A DNA stretch of 63,105 nucleotides, filler included, from Octopus bimaculoides (GCF_001194135.2; 6 parts of 6 records of this genome joined end to end with filler, not necessarily neighbours in it), one strand, 5' to 3'. Counted from the first letter of the whole stretch, positions 26,463 through 39,698 are shown. Numbers and translations are program-made. The notes: generated from the sequence alone by a model not told the origin.

Positions 26463-26503
26463 TACATAGCTGACTATTAGGCAGAGAAAGGTACCATCAA
26501 TAT
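26463..26503 (-). repeat. right arm of 41-bp inverted repeat (partner 24763-24803)
   Basis: TACATAGCTGACTATTAGGCAGAGAAAGGTACCATCAATAT. Confidence 0.85.
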
Positions 26504-27026
26504 GTATATGTGTATAGTCGTTAGAAACGGCGGTAATAGGTTGACACATGTTATTCAATTTTTTCTTATGTATATTGTATTCACCTCTCCTCGAATATTC
26601 TCTTCGCAAATTTTGAAGGATATTATGGTCTGCATTAATAATATCATACAAAAGTCTGAAAGCTTAAGAGCAGATTATATACTTAGCTGGGACAAGTTCT
26701 CTACATGCACTGCAAGAATATTATTTTGGCGGTACTTCTGTACCAAAGTTGATATTTCCATAATATTATTGTGTGTGTATATTATTCCGACTTTACGAAG
26801 TGCCTAAACTTAAGTACCGAATTCAACTGAATCTTATATATACATATATAGGTATATCGAAAATCTGCAATGACTTCATAACTACGACTCGGCTATCTAT
26901 CTATCGAAATATATATCTATATACATATTATATATGTGTGTATATATATATATANNNNNNNNNNNNNNNNNNNNNNNNNNNNNNNNNNNNNNNNNNNNNN
27001 NNNNNNNNNNNNTGTATGTTTGTGTG

Positions 27027-27082
<56 letters not shown>

Positions 27083-27360
27083 GATACATACATACATACA
27101 TAAATAGATAAGACATATACATGATATTTCTACCAGCAAATGTATTTAAATATCTATGCGGTACAAATATCTACGTAACACACGTATCTACGCGTGATAC
27201 ACGAAACGATACGTAAATGCTGAAGACAAGCAATGTGTATACAATTGTTTAAAAAGCTACTAACTCTATATTCTTTTTACCTGTTATTTTCCCACCCAAC
27301 CGTTCCTTTCTTTCTAATTTATATTCTAAGATATTTTTGGTACATACATTATGTACATAA

Positions 27361-27580
<220 letters not shown>

Positions 27581-28235
27581 ATTTAGGCATTTATTATTTA
27601 TTTTAAAATATTATTGTATTCTCATAAGAGATTATACAATAATGTAAATAACTGATGAGATTTTGGTGAGATTTTCTGATAGCATGCCGTTTTCTCCTAC
27701 ATGTAATCTCGTCAGTATAGAATAAGTTAGATGTATATTTTGGATTATCGTAATACAGCAAAGCTGAGTTTTTCAAATGTATATTTGGTTTGATGATCTG
27801 AAATTAAATAATTATAGATGTTAATTGATTTACCGCAAAAATAATATAAATTGTCAATAATTATTTACACTTAATACACTGTTGCATCTCAAGCAGATTT
27901 GTGTAATAAATAGTATAATGTCGGTGTTGCTAAATTCCGTTATCAGGATGGACTATGAAAAGCAATGTCTTTCACCGTCTTTCTCACTAACAGCATTTAT
28001 ACACACATACATAATTTTACTCAATAGTTATTTACATTGATATGTTACTTTAATACTATTAAGTTTTATCTTACTATAAATGATATAGGAATTAGATTTC
28101 GTATGTATTTTTTGTTCGTTGCGGAAAGCCTTTCGGAAATTAATTTAATAAGGAAAGTGAATGGGTGACGTAACTGAGAGTATTTTTACAATTTATATTT
28201 AGGTACTTAACTCTTATAATATATTTATTAGTAAA

Positions 28236-28553
28236 GGCGGCGAGCGGGTAGAAACGTTAGCACGCCGGAAGTGCGGCGTGCTGGCAAGAAACATTAGCAC
28301 GCTGGAATACGGCGACCTGGCAGAAACGTTAGCACGCCAGAAGGCGACGAGCAGGCAGAAACGTTAGCACACCGGCGAAATGCTTCGCGGTATTTCGCCT
28401 GCCGTTACGTTCCGAGTTCAAATTCCGCCGAGGTCGACTTTGCCTTTCATCCTTTCGGGGTTGATAAATTAAGTACCAGTTGAACACTCAGGTCGATCTA
28501 ATCGACATACCCCCTCCCCCAAAATTTCGGGCTTTGTGCGTAGAGTAGAAAAG
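28236..28553 (+). mobile_element. SINE family B with four tandem copies of its 5' A-box segment
   Basis: GAAAC(G/A)TTAGCAC at 28251, 28288, 28323 and 28358, then B box GAGTTCAAATTCC and the standard body CCGAGGTCGACTTTGCCTTTCATCC. Confidence 0.9.
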
Positions 28554-28842
28554 TGTATATTTATTAGTGATTAAATCCACCTTAAGATCTTCTGCTAAAA
28601 ATACTTAATACATTTCAGCAATTCAATTTCATTAGGCAACTGATAACGATTTAAAAATAATGTGCATTAATCTTATATAAATGAACATCTTATATAATTA
28701 GGTAGATTTAAATTCGCGACGTCACGACGTATCTACAGAAACATCATCTCTCTCTTTTCAAAATCTGAACAAGTCAAAATGTGATCAATTTTAAAACAGG
28801 CATTAAAAGGCGAAACTACTTATTTCTCTTTATCTTCTGCTC

Positions 28843-29232
28843 GTTTTACTCATTAGAATGCGGTCATGATGGAGCACCGCCTTAAACAATAATTAGTTGA
28901 GTGAATCGACCTCAATTTTTTTTTTTTAAATGGTACTTATTCTATCAATCATTTTCTGCTGAATCGCTAAGTTACGTGAACGTAAACAAACCAATACCGA
29001 CTGTGAAGCGATGGTGAGGGACAAACACAGACAGAAAGATACACTCACAGACACGCACACACACTCACACACATGCACACATGCACAAAAACACACACAT
29101 ACATACACACAGGCACGTCTGACTTGGGTGTGCAAAGGCTATAGGAGAAGTCACTTGTCACAGGGTGCCACGTAATGAAACTGAACTCGGAAACACGTGG
29201 TTGAAAAGGTAGCTTCTTACCTCACAGCCACG
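28843..29232 (-). mobile_element. SINE family A, decayed full-length copy
   Basis: Tail GATGGAGCACCGCC, GTACTTATTCTATC, (CA)n core, and head GGTGCCACG..CTGAACTCGGAAACACGTGGTTG..CTTCTTACC.CACAGCCAC on the minus strand. Confidence 0.8.
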
Positions 29233-29809
29233 TAGTTTAGTATTCAGTATTGTTTTTTTTGTAAACATTAATAAAATTGCAATTAAAATATTAAAATAAT
29301 GAAATCTATCACGTACATCCGATAACACGTTGTGTTATTCTGCTCTTAGTCCTTAACAGTATTGAAGAAAATTTAGTTCCATACAATGAAAGTGTTAATT
29401 TCGTCTTTACATTTCTGCAAATTTTGAGGATGTAGTAACATATATAGTATGAAATGCGCTGTAATCCATTAGATATTTTTCTCACCATAATGTCAGTTTG
29501 ATAATGTAAATAACATCTAAATGTATATATAACGTCCTTGATGCGCGTAAGTTTAAATAGAAACAGCTTACATTTAGAAAAGTGTAAACATGGTAACCAG
29601 AAGTTGCGTCAGATAATTGTTTATTCATAAATTACATATTTAATCAAATAGGAAATGTCTCTTCATAATATAAGTTAAACATATCGTTAATTATATTAAA
29701 GAATCTCTGACACCCTCCATCACCCATAGATATGGTAATAAGGTTTATATTATACATATTCAATAAACCTTAAAAAGAATATTTGTTAATATATTAGTCT
29801 CTGTAATAC

Positions 29810-30400
29810 GGTGAGTTGGCAGAAACGTTAGAATGCCGAACAAAATGCAGGGCGAAATATTTCCGTCGTTATATTCTGAGTTCAAATTCCGCTGATGTTG
29901 ATTTTGTACCAGTTTAGTACGGGGGTTGATTTAATCTATTTACCACCTCAGCCAAAATTACTGGCCTTGTGGCAAAAGCTGAAGCTAATATTTAAAATCT
30001 ATACGAAGGTAACTAGCGGGCAGTGTCGTAAATAGCGTCGCAAGAAATACTGAGCAGCATTCCTTCTGAGATTACGCTTTGAGTTCAAATACCCACCGGG
30101 GTCGATTTTATCCTTCTAAAGTTGAAGTAGGAATTGAGAACAGGGGTCGATGTATTCCATTTAACTTCTCTCACAAAATTGGTGACATCGTTAAAATTTC
30201 AAACAATTACAGAAATTTATGCCACATACTTCTGTTCTCATGTTCTCTCTCTCTCTCTCTTTTGAGATGGTTTTAGTGGAGGGGATCAGTCGATATCGGC
30301 GGGATTTGAACTCAGTCCGTAAGCATAAAGACAGACGAAATACCGCTGAGCATTTTGCCTGGTGTGCTAACATTTCTGCCAGCTTGACGGCTAATATTGA
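29810..30400. mobile_element. cluster of three decayed SINE family B copies (two +, one -)
   Basis: GAGTTGGCAGAAACGTTAG..CTGAGTTCAAATTCCG (29810-29990 +), TTTGAGTTCAAATACCCACCGGGGTCGA (30010-30200 +), GGATTTGAACTC..GCTAACATTTCTGCCAGCTT (30280-30400 -). Confidence 0.7.
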
Positions 30401-31629
30401 GATGATATTGGCTTGAAAAAAAAAATGCTCAGTANNNNNNNNNNGCTTGAAAAAAAAAAATGCTCAGTACCACACTATATGAAGATGGTTTTCTTATATA
30501 CCAATTAATTATTGCAATTATTTTACATTGCATTAATTTTATTTTTTAGTTTCCAAACAAAATCCTTTTATTAATATACAATAAGTACAGAGAAACCATG
30601 GTTACGTTTACTAAGGTAACAAAAATACTTAGAAAATTCTCATTTACTAACAGCATTCTACATTTCCTTACATTCCTCGCTCTTCGCTCTCCGTACACAA
30701 TCAATCTCCCGCTCACGGACACACACACACACACACACACACACTAATATGATCTCTAATTCTCATTGTCTCTTCGTCTTAACAATGAAAGTTCTACCTC
30801 CGTAAACCGAGACACAGTATATGCCAGGCTTCAGTCATTTACATCGACTTTCATAACTTGAGTGGCAATTATGTTATCGATACCGGAAGTTTGAAAAGAC
30901 AATCTAAAAAAGTAAAAAAACACCAACAAACTTAATGAATTTTGAGTGACAATTACCGCCACAAGACACCTTTGTAATTGCCGGATTCTATTGCAGAAAC
31001 GTCTGTAGCCATAGATAACGAGAAGTTCTAATTTCGTATTAGTGGAAATTACTGATAACAAATACTTCGTAAAAAATTATATCAAAGTTATGAGAGAAAA
31101 TGAACATATACGTCGGTTAATGTATACACATACGTAATACACGTAAACGCATAAATGAATTCATATGCTAATACTGATATCTGTGTCTATATGCCGACAT
31201 ATATATAAACATATATCTATATATCTATATATATATATATATATNNNNNNNNNNNNNNNNNNNNNNNNNNNNNNNNNNNNNNNNNNNNNNNNNNNNNNNN
31301 NNNNNNNNNNNNNNNNNNNNNNNNNNNNNNNNNNNNNNNNNNNNNNNNNNNNNNNNNNNNNNNNNNNNNNNNNNNNNNNNNNNNNNNNNNNNNNNNNNNN
31401 NNNNNNNNNNNNNNNNNNNNNNNNNNNNNNNNNNNNNNNNNNNNTATATATATATATATATATATGCATATATGTATATCTATATGTATGTATGTATGTA
31501 TACATGTATGTATGCACACATACGCACGAACGTATGAGGCACACATCTCATATGTAACCGAAGCGATCGTGGTTATAAAGAGAATTGGAAAACACTTTAT
31601 TGTTAATGTGCGCATGGGTTTGTGTGTGA

Positions 31630-31669
<40 letters not shown>

Positions 31670-32821
31670 GCATACATATTGTACGTGCTTATATACACAC
31701 AAATATATGTGGATGTATTTGTGTGGGTGTCTGTATGTTGCCTGAGTGTGTGTATGTGGGGGTAACGCTCGTTAGTGAAAGACCCCCCACCCTCCGGCGG
31801 AACGAATAACTTATGTTTTTCAGCTTCAAACATGATAACCGTGGGAGTAGAAACTGAGAAAAATAATTCAAATTGTTTATTACGTACGCATGCGTGACTT
31901 TTGTAAATGCATGAAATACACAGCCATCAGCAGTGACACATGTATGATTCTTTTGTTAACATGTAGCTAATGCATACTTAAGTGTGTATATTCATTGGTG
32001 TCTGGCTACTATATTTGACAAGTTAGGTTTGCGATACATGTTAGTGTACATGGTTGTGCAGCTAAGGCGTCTCTTTGGCATGCATGCGTAAATATATAAT
32101 GTTATTAGAATGTTGCTAAGTATGTGCATTACTGATAGTTAGGTGTAACCGTGTAGCTTGCCTGCGTGCTAGATATGCACAGGATTAAGCATAAACTCCA
32201 AGTGGGATTAGGGATCTTAAATACGATCGCATGAAGACAAAACGCTAGGCTGCGGGATCAGGAGGGTATTTGAAGCTTTACAATGGTTATCAAGGTTGTC
32301 TTTCTCAACTGTCTCCGTTGGTTTGAGATTTTTTGAAATTACTAGCGCCAGGGTCATTGGTTATATTATATATACCGGCGATTATTTATTCTATATTACA
32401 TTATCGGGTTTTATGTCATATTAAAGACAGACACAAAACACCCCTGCTCCGACCCTCACACACGCACACACACACATATTTGTCTACTATACCGACTTGG
32501 AAATGAGCAAGTTTTGTCGCGGTTATATCAAGCTAACAACGAGTCGATTCTTTAAAAAAAAGTCATTGTAAAGAATTTCAATTTAAAGTTGTATTTAAGA
32601 TCTCCTCAATTTGCTTCCATACATATGAAAATGTAATCTCTCACAATAAGCAGAACATGATGTATACACTTCGAGCTTCCAAATTAAAGGACTTAAAGAG
32701 GAAAAAATTCGGGTTGACTGATGCAAATTATGTAGATATAATCACACACACACACTCACAAACACACACAAAAACAAACACACACAAAAACAAACACACA
32801 CACAAATTGTTTTATGCTTTT

Positions 32822-33195
32822 ATTCTTTCACTTGTTACCGTCATTTGACTGCGGGAATGCTGGAGCACCGCATTCAGTCGAAGAAATCGATCCCAGGATT
32901 TGTTTGTAATCCTACTTCTTAAATTCTATCAGTCACTTTTGCCAAACTGCTAAATTTCGGGGACATAAATACACCAACATTAGTTGTTATGGGATGATAC
33001 GGGGCTGGGGCAAAAAGGGACACGAAAAAATGCATATATTCAACAGGTTTCTTTCAGTTTCCATGCACCAAATTCACTCACAGCGCTTCTTAAACCCGAG
33101 GATATAATTGAAAAAATTCCCAAGTTGTATGCAGTGGGACTGAACCCGGAACCATGCAGTTGGGAAACAAGTTTCCTACCACACTGCCACGCGTA
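32822..33195 (-). mobile_element. SINE family A copy
   Basis: GTCATTTGACTGCGGG.ATGCTGGAGCACCGC..TTCTTTCAGTTTCC..GCAGTGGGACTGAACCCGGAACCATG. Confidence 0.8.
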
Positions 33196-36100
33196 GGCAC
33201 ACAAATGTGTCTGTGTACANNNNNNNNNNNNNNNNNNNNNNNNNNNNNNNNNNNNNNNNNNNNTTAATTAATTAANNNNNNNNNNNNNNNNNNNNNNNNN
33301 NNNNNNNNNNNNNNNNNNNATATATACTTGCCATATTCTATTCAAAAGGAATCAACTAAAAAGTGTCAATGAAAATCACTTAGAAAGATTTATAAAGAGT
33401 ACAGTAAATCTAAAAATGACACAGCCAGCAAAAAAAAAAAATGGTTCGTGTTAGCCATTCAATAGACCAACTTTTATGGCAATGTAAGTCAAGCTATAAC
33501 AATGTTGCTTCTGTCATAACTTACATTAACCTGTGACACTTGTTACCTTTATCAGAGTTTAAGGTAAGGTATGTGTTGCCTCCTACAACTTTCATGTGCT
33601 GGCTCCAAGTGCCCTACCTTGGCACACTTCCTCAGCAGGCAAGCTAAAGCATGTAAGGGTATTGATACTGCACCAGTAGGTGGGTGGAGGAGCTGTGGCA
33701 ACAGCCAATGACTAGATAGTGGAGTCTAAAGAAGACCAACAACAAATGTCTGTGGCTGAATGCAACTCATCTTATACTTGGATGAGTGCCTCAGCTAGCA
33801 ACCAATAGAGACAGCTCTATTTACAATCTCATCCCAAATGCAAGTGGTTGGGCTTGCACCCTGTCTCCAGAAAAGACCACAAGCTACAAAAGCAGTGCAA
33901 AAACCTACTGGAGTACTTTGATTGCTTCATGCAGCTCCTCACATGGGAACACCTAAGTAAATTAGTATAATTGCTATATTTGTTATTAAATGGTGATGGT
34001 GTTTGTGTACAAATATGTGTGTGCATGTGTCTGTGTGTATATATATATATCTGCATGTAGTGCATCTGTACAGTGTGGAGAAGAAAAAATACATACTGGT
34101 AGAATAGTTCACTACTGTTGTTGGAAACTATTGCTTATGAAAAAGTCAGACATCTGATAAAAGATAGTTTGGTGAACTCATATTACTTATTATGTGTGCA
34201 TGGCCTCAGTCCAGCTAGTTAGAGGTATGATTGTTATGGTGGTCACTGTTTTCTCTAGTGGTATCTGGGTTACAAGTAAAGTTGATGATTTCGTTATCTC
34301 AGTAGGTCTACTGGCCATTGTTTATATACCTGATACTTTTCATCTGTTGTCCATAACTGCTGCCTTCATGATAAATTATAATGTTACAATAGCAAACCAG
34401 GGACAGAGGATCTCATCATAATTACTTAATCCATTAAAAATAGCAGCAAAATCTTCTTCAAATCACACTCTATATGGGAAGATGACATTTACCCAAGATA
34501 ATGTAATCTTGGAATATGTCTTAATCAAATATGAGCTAATCAGAGACTTTGAGCCAACAAGCAAACCTCTGCATGATCACTCACCCTGCTAGAAATAGCA
34601 ACCAAATCCCCCTGTGATCAGAGATCTGTTCAGTCATGATTAACCCGAGGCTAAACAGCAGCAAGAGAAGCAACAAGTTGGACAGCTTCATTGTATGTTG
34701 ACCTACTTATGACAGAACGTATTGACTCAAGAAAAATTCTAAAGTTTCATAACACACATATATAGTGTATTAGTCACTCTCAACCCAAGTAAAAACTACA
34801 GGTCACAGTATATGGTTCTTAGTGTTGTTCAGCACCAGGTCAGCCTTGAGCTAAAAGACATATTTTTAAAAGCATTTATAATTAAAAGCTCTCAAACTGT
34901 GACTATTCTATCTTAGTTTTTAGATGTTGTTTCTAATACATCCTTCATTTTTTAAGACAGTAGGGTATATGATTTGAGGAAGATCATGCTGATATTTCTA
35001 GCAATCTGAATAATTGCATAGAGACTTCCCTCAATGGTTCAGGCTCTATTGTCATTGTTTTTATTGTTATTACTGGGGTTTTTTCTGTGCAGATGTTTTT
35101 ATGTTTGCCTGTAGTGAGTAGTGTTGTTAGGATGGTGTTGTTAAGATAATGTTGTTAGGATAGTGTTTTGGTAGTGTTATAGAGTGTTGTTGCTGTTTGG
35201 CCCTTAGTCAACCTTGAGTAAGGAAACCTATAATCAAAGACATTCCAACCATAGCAATCCCATCTTTTTGAGGGTATTCAATACAATATCATTTAATGTT
35301 TCCATTCTTGTTTAAGATAAGGAGATGTGATTTGTGAAGGAATTAGCTGCTTTTTCTAAGAAGTTCAGCAATTATTTAGATACTCCTTCAATAATAGTTC
35401 ATGTTATAGGGTATTGTAACCACTATTCAGCATTGACAATGAAAATCTATGAATGAAGACCTTCCAGCCATGACCATACCATCATTTATTCATGGATAGT
35501 GTATCTAGGGCTACATTTTTCAAATGCGTTAGAATAGAGACATGATTACTTCAGATGAAGAAGAGAGAGTGGGATGAGAAAGATGATGAGGATGTAACAG
35601 AGAGGGGTCAGGGGCCATAGTCCTAAGTTACAGGGTGGTGTGTAAAGTGGAGTGGACCAAAGAGTGAAGTTCATAAGATTTCAAAAGGAAAGTAGGAGCT
35701 AGAGGTGGGGAAGAGGATTTAACAAAGGTATATTTTGTGCCGGTATGTGGGTGGACATGTGAGGGAGAATGGAGGAAACATCAGTGGTGAGTGTGGGTGG
35801 GTTGTGGGNNNNNNNNNNNNNNNNNNNNNNNNNNNNNNNNNNNNNNNNNNNNNNNNNNNNNNNNNNNNNNNNNNNNNNNNNNNNNNNNNNNNNNNNNNNN
35901 NNNNNNNNNNNNNNNNNNNNNNNNNNNNNNNNNNNNNNNNNNNNNNNNNNNNNNNNNNNNNNNNNNNNNNNNNNNNNNNNNNNNNNNNNNNNNNNNNNTA
36001 TATATATTTATATTGGGTGGGGGTGAGGCAGTAAAAACGTTGATGATATTTGCTGATAGTATTTTACTGACCTACCTGCACATGGTTTCGTTTATAGTGG

Positions 36101-36359
36101 TCATTGCTTGTGCTGCACAATGCACACTCTCTCCATCAAAAAAAAGCATTTACCTGTATTGGTGCATGTGTCAGATGCTAAATCGATCACAGATTTGAGA
36201 TCAAAGTGGCTTTCTTCTAGTCTAGTTGCTCAAAAGCTACAGAACCCAGACTGCTCTATGAGTAAGTAGATGCTGATAGTGAACATCAACTAAGGGGACC
36301 ATTAGCAACCTAATGCCAGTCCTGCTTCTCCTCGGTTCAAAGATTTGAGCAAAGTCAAT

Positions 36360-36613
36360 TCCAACATTGGTACCAACTTCATGCGAGCATGGAGGCACAG
36401 GGGCAAAATACTGCTCCTCTAAATGGAAACCTTACCTGTCATTGAGGTGTTGTAGCATGAAGCAAAGCAGGCCTTGCCGTCCACTCAAGAAAACACATAG
36501 TAAATAATCCACAAGCACTTAAGTAAACTGAGTCCTCAACTTGTTCCATTTGCCAAAAGGTTTGTAAGTCAACAGCAGGCCTCAAGAGACACATTTGTGT
36601 CCATAGAACGTGA
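36360..36613 (+). mobile_element. RTE LINE C-terminal remnant ending in a C2H2 finger
   Basis: TCSICQKVCKSTAGLKRHICVHRT* (36539-36613) fits C-x2-C-x12-H-x3-H. A single finger, no TGEKP linker, upstream stops. Confidence 0.5.
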
Positions 36614-36673
36614 TTACAACTTTATTTTACTGAACTCTCATTTGTCATCCATGACAAGAGAATCCATCATATA

Positions 36674-38542
36674 CAGTGTCCCAAAATTAAGGCAACCAAA
36701 GTTTCAGGTTTTGATAACTATCAATTCGTGTGATAAGATATAAAAATGATGCATCATTATAAAAGCTTAGTGTGTCTTCTTTTTGTTTCAGACTAAATAA
36801 ATTCAGATTTATAAAGTAGATAATGGCTATAGACCAAAATACAATCATAACCCTCGACAATAGCAAAAAAGCTTAAAATTAACCAAACAGCAGTCTGGAA
36901 AATTGTCAAGAAATTTCAAGAGACTGGTTCCACTGCTGATTGACTTGGACATGGCCCAAAAAGAAGTGTGCAGACTTCTCAGCTTACCAAAAGTGTCAGA
37001 GAAAAGATATGGCAAAATCCTCATCATTCCATCAGAAAACTGACTGCAACAGCAAAAATAAGCCAAACATCAATGTATCTAGTGCTGAAGGAGGATTTCA
37101 GGACCCACTACTACAAGATGATCTGCCATCATAAGCTCACGCAACTTTATGAGACCATGAGACTGGAGAGAAGTTGTCTTATCCTACATCAGATTACTAA
37201 AGGCATGCTGCCCAACCTGATGTTCACTGATGAAAAGAAATTTGATAGTAAACCATCAGAATGATCAACTTTGGAGTGTATCTGCCTCTGTCGAGAGTAG
37301 ACTCATAGTGACATCAAAATCATCATCATCATCGTTTAACAGGTGTTTTCCATGCTAGCACAGGTTGGACAGTTCGACCGGGGTCTGGGAAGCCAGGAGG
37401 CTGCACCAGGCTCCAGTCTGATCTGGCAGTTTTTCTACAGCTGGATGCCCTTCCTAACGCCAACCACTCCATGAGTGTAGTGGGTGCTTTTTACATGCCA
37501 CCGGCACAAGGGCCAGAGGAGGCTGGCAATGGCCACGTTTGGATGGTGCTTTTTATGTGCCACCAGCATGGGTATCACAACTACAATTTCCATTTGATTT
37601 TTATTTTGATATTGATGTACTTGACTCAATAGGTCTCCCCAAGCACAGCAGGTCGCCCTACGATCCAAGGTAAGCACGGCAGGTCATCCTATGATCCAAG
37701 GTACTTTTGAATGGGCTGAGGCTGGTTATGCAAAACTAGTGTAGGATACAGCCATGAACTCATTTTATTTGCCGGGTCTTCTCAATCACAGCATATCTCC
37801 AGAGGTCTCAGTCTTTCATCATTGCCTCTGTGAGGCCCAACGTTTGAAGGTCATGCTTGACCACCTCATCCCATGTGTTCCTGGGTCACCCTCTACTCCG
37901 GATTCCTTCAAATGTTTGGGAGTGGCACTTCTTCACACATCTCTCCTCATCCACCCATAGTACATGACCATACCAGCACAAACGTCTCTCTTGCAAGCCA
38001 CATCCAATGCTTCTTATGTCCAACATTTCTCTCAGGGCGCTTACACTTTGTCGTGTGTGCTCACTGACATTACACATCCGAGCATTTTCAATGTACCCCT
38101 TGGAGCATCCAACAGGACTCAGCACCATGCCACAGCTCCAAACAGACACAACACTGGATTCAGAAAAGTATTCTGTCATTTATAGGCAAGGATGTATGGC
38201 CCTCAAGCATCCCCAGTCTCAACTGATTATATTTTACTGTTTGATCCATTTTGGAGACAAGGGTCTCGAGCACTCCTCATGCTTTGCTCAACACTCTGAA
38301 GATGAAACTGCACCAGGAATGGGCTTCGATTCCACATGAACAGCTACATGCCATGTGTGAAGCATTTGCACCTAGACTTAAGGCTGTGATTCGAAACAGA
38401 GGTGGTCATATCGAATAAATGTGGTAGTGTCATAATTGTGTTTCCTTTATTATTGCATTGCAATGCTCAGACCCAAAATATAACAATATTTTGCTTTGGC
38501 AAAATTGAAAAAAATTGGTTGCCTTAGTTTTGGGACAATCTG
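36674..38542 (+). mobile_element. DD37D (maT/Bmmar1-like) Tc1/mariner transposon with both TIRs and TA target duplication, disrupted by an RTE insertion
   Basis: TIRs CAG-TGTCCCAAAATTAAGGCAACCA (36674) and TGGTTGCCTTAGTTTTGGGACAATCTG (38516-38542), with TA on both sides. Motifs MFTDEKKF (D1), WSIQQDSAP (D2 codon 38116-38118), then 37 codons to the D3 position (38230-38232, mutated to TAT) in LN*LYFTV*SILE. C-terminus RLKAVIRNRGGHIE*. Confidence 0.9.
37321..38084 (-). mobile_element. 5'-truncated RTE LINE 3' end (ORF end, 3' UTR, (GAT)n tail) nested in the maT element
   Basis: Minus-strand RMCNVSEHTRQSVSALREMLDIRSIGCGLQERRLCWYGHVLWVDEERCVKKC. The 3' UTR is shared with 51460-51775. Tail (CAT)n at 37321. 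Confidence 0.85.
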
Positions 38543-38572
38543 TATATATATATACACACACACACACACATA

Positions 38573-38615
<43 letters not shown>

Positions 38616-38704
38616 NNNNNNNNNNNNNNNNNNNNNNNNNNNNNNNNNNNNNNNNNNNNNNNNNNNNNNNNNNNNNNNNNNNNNNNNNNNNNNNNNNNNN
38701 NTCC

Positions 38705-38751
<47 letters not shown>

Positions 38752-39228
38752 AATAAAAAAAGTTACTGCAATGTTGGGTGCAGCACCTGCTCTATATGTG
38801 ATTGGTTAATTATCAGTCATTTGATTGTCCGTAATCTGATCTGTTAATTGTAAGTGGCTTGATGGCTTAATTAACCATCAAGCAACTGAGTTAATTGCTA
38901 GTTGTCTTAAACTTCCTCCAAGGTCAGCTGTTTTCAGAATTAAATAACTGTGAAGAATGAATAACCAAGACATTAGCTTTCACTGAAGCAGTGACTAGTT
39001 TTTATATGTATTCAGTTTTGCGTGGTAATATTTTAAGAGAAGAGAATACTTTTGTCATAGAAAGTTACTTCTGGAACAAAGGTTTCTGATGTAATGTGGG
39101 TTAATGGCTCATCAGTTTCAAGTATATGGGAATTACTAATGGGAGAAACTAACACACATTGATATTTTATGGAAGCATGTAGACATTAATGAGGTAAGCT
39201 TACTTCTTAAAACTAAATAACCTCTTAC

Positions 39229-39270
39229 ATCAACAGCCAATCTAAAGGAACCTCTATGTAGTCGTTCAAC
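39229..39270 (-). CDS. candidate 42-nt exon (VERLHRGSFRLAVD, or LNDYIEVPLDWLL in the alternative frame)
   Basis: Acceptor TTTGCTATGTTTTGCAG and donor GAT|GTAAGA on the minus strand. Phase-compatible with the candidate upstream exon ending at 39654. Confidence 0.35.
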
Positions 39271-39653
39271 CTGCAAAACATAGCAAATAAATTCCCCTCA
39301 AACCATACCCTATAATCTTTAAAAAGATTGAAATATTGGATAATATAGTCCTAGTTAAATTGTTTGAAAATTTGATGAGATGGTCATGGGTAGGACGATC
39401 CAATCTGAACTGACTAAAAATTAGACATCTAATAATTTTCTTAAAAACTGAATTAAAAGTGTTTAAGTATTCTGTAACTATGGCAATCAGTGCCTCCTCT
39501 CTCCATAATATTCTGGAGATCATCTCAAACAGTTCACATTTGCTTAACTTCTAACACAACTTCTCAAATCTCTTCTCTTTCTTTTCTTCATTCTGTATTT
39601 ATCCATATCTTATCTCTCTATATCTATTGATTTATGTATCTACCTATTCATAC

Positions 39654-39698
39654 CTGGTCTATATACATTACACGTTGGTCACCTTTATATTTATTCAT
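39654..39698 (-). CDS. candidate start-codon exon segment MNKYKGDQRVMYIDQ
   Basis: Donor CAG|GTATGA at 39654/39653. Possible acceptor TGTCGTCAG at 39761. A 383-nt GT-AG intron leads to the 39270 exon. Speculative. Confidence 0.22.

Noticed and set aside
30411-30469. Direct repeat GCTTGAAAAAAAAAATGCTCAGTA on both sides of a 10-N gap
   Set aside because: Unmerged contig overlap differing in homopolymer length; an assembly artefact.
36539-36613. C2H2 zinc finger suggesting one of the expanded octopus ZNF genes
   Set aside because: A single finger without TGEKP linkers, at the end of a decayed RTE-like ORF. Better explained as a LINE C-terminus.
38819-38845. Partial match to miR-219/miR-315 5' ends (TTTTGATTGTCC)
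   Set aside because: Only 9-10 nt of identity and no precursor hairpin.
39266-39523. 85-aa minus-strand ORF
   Set aside because: No recognisable motif. It falls inside the predicted intron, and its end coincides with a polypyrimidine tract and acceptor.
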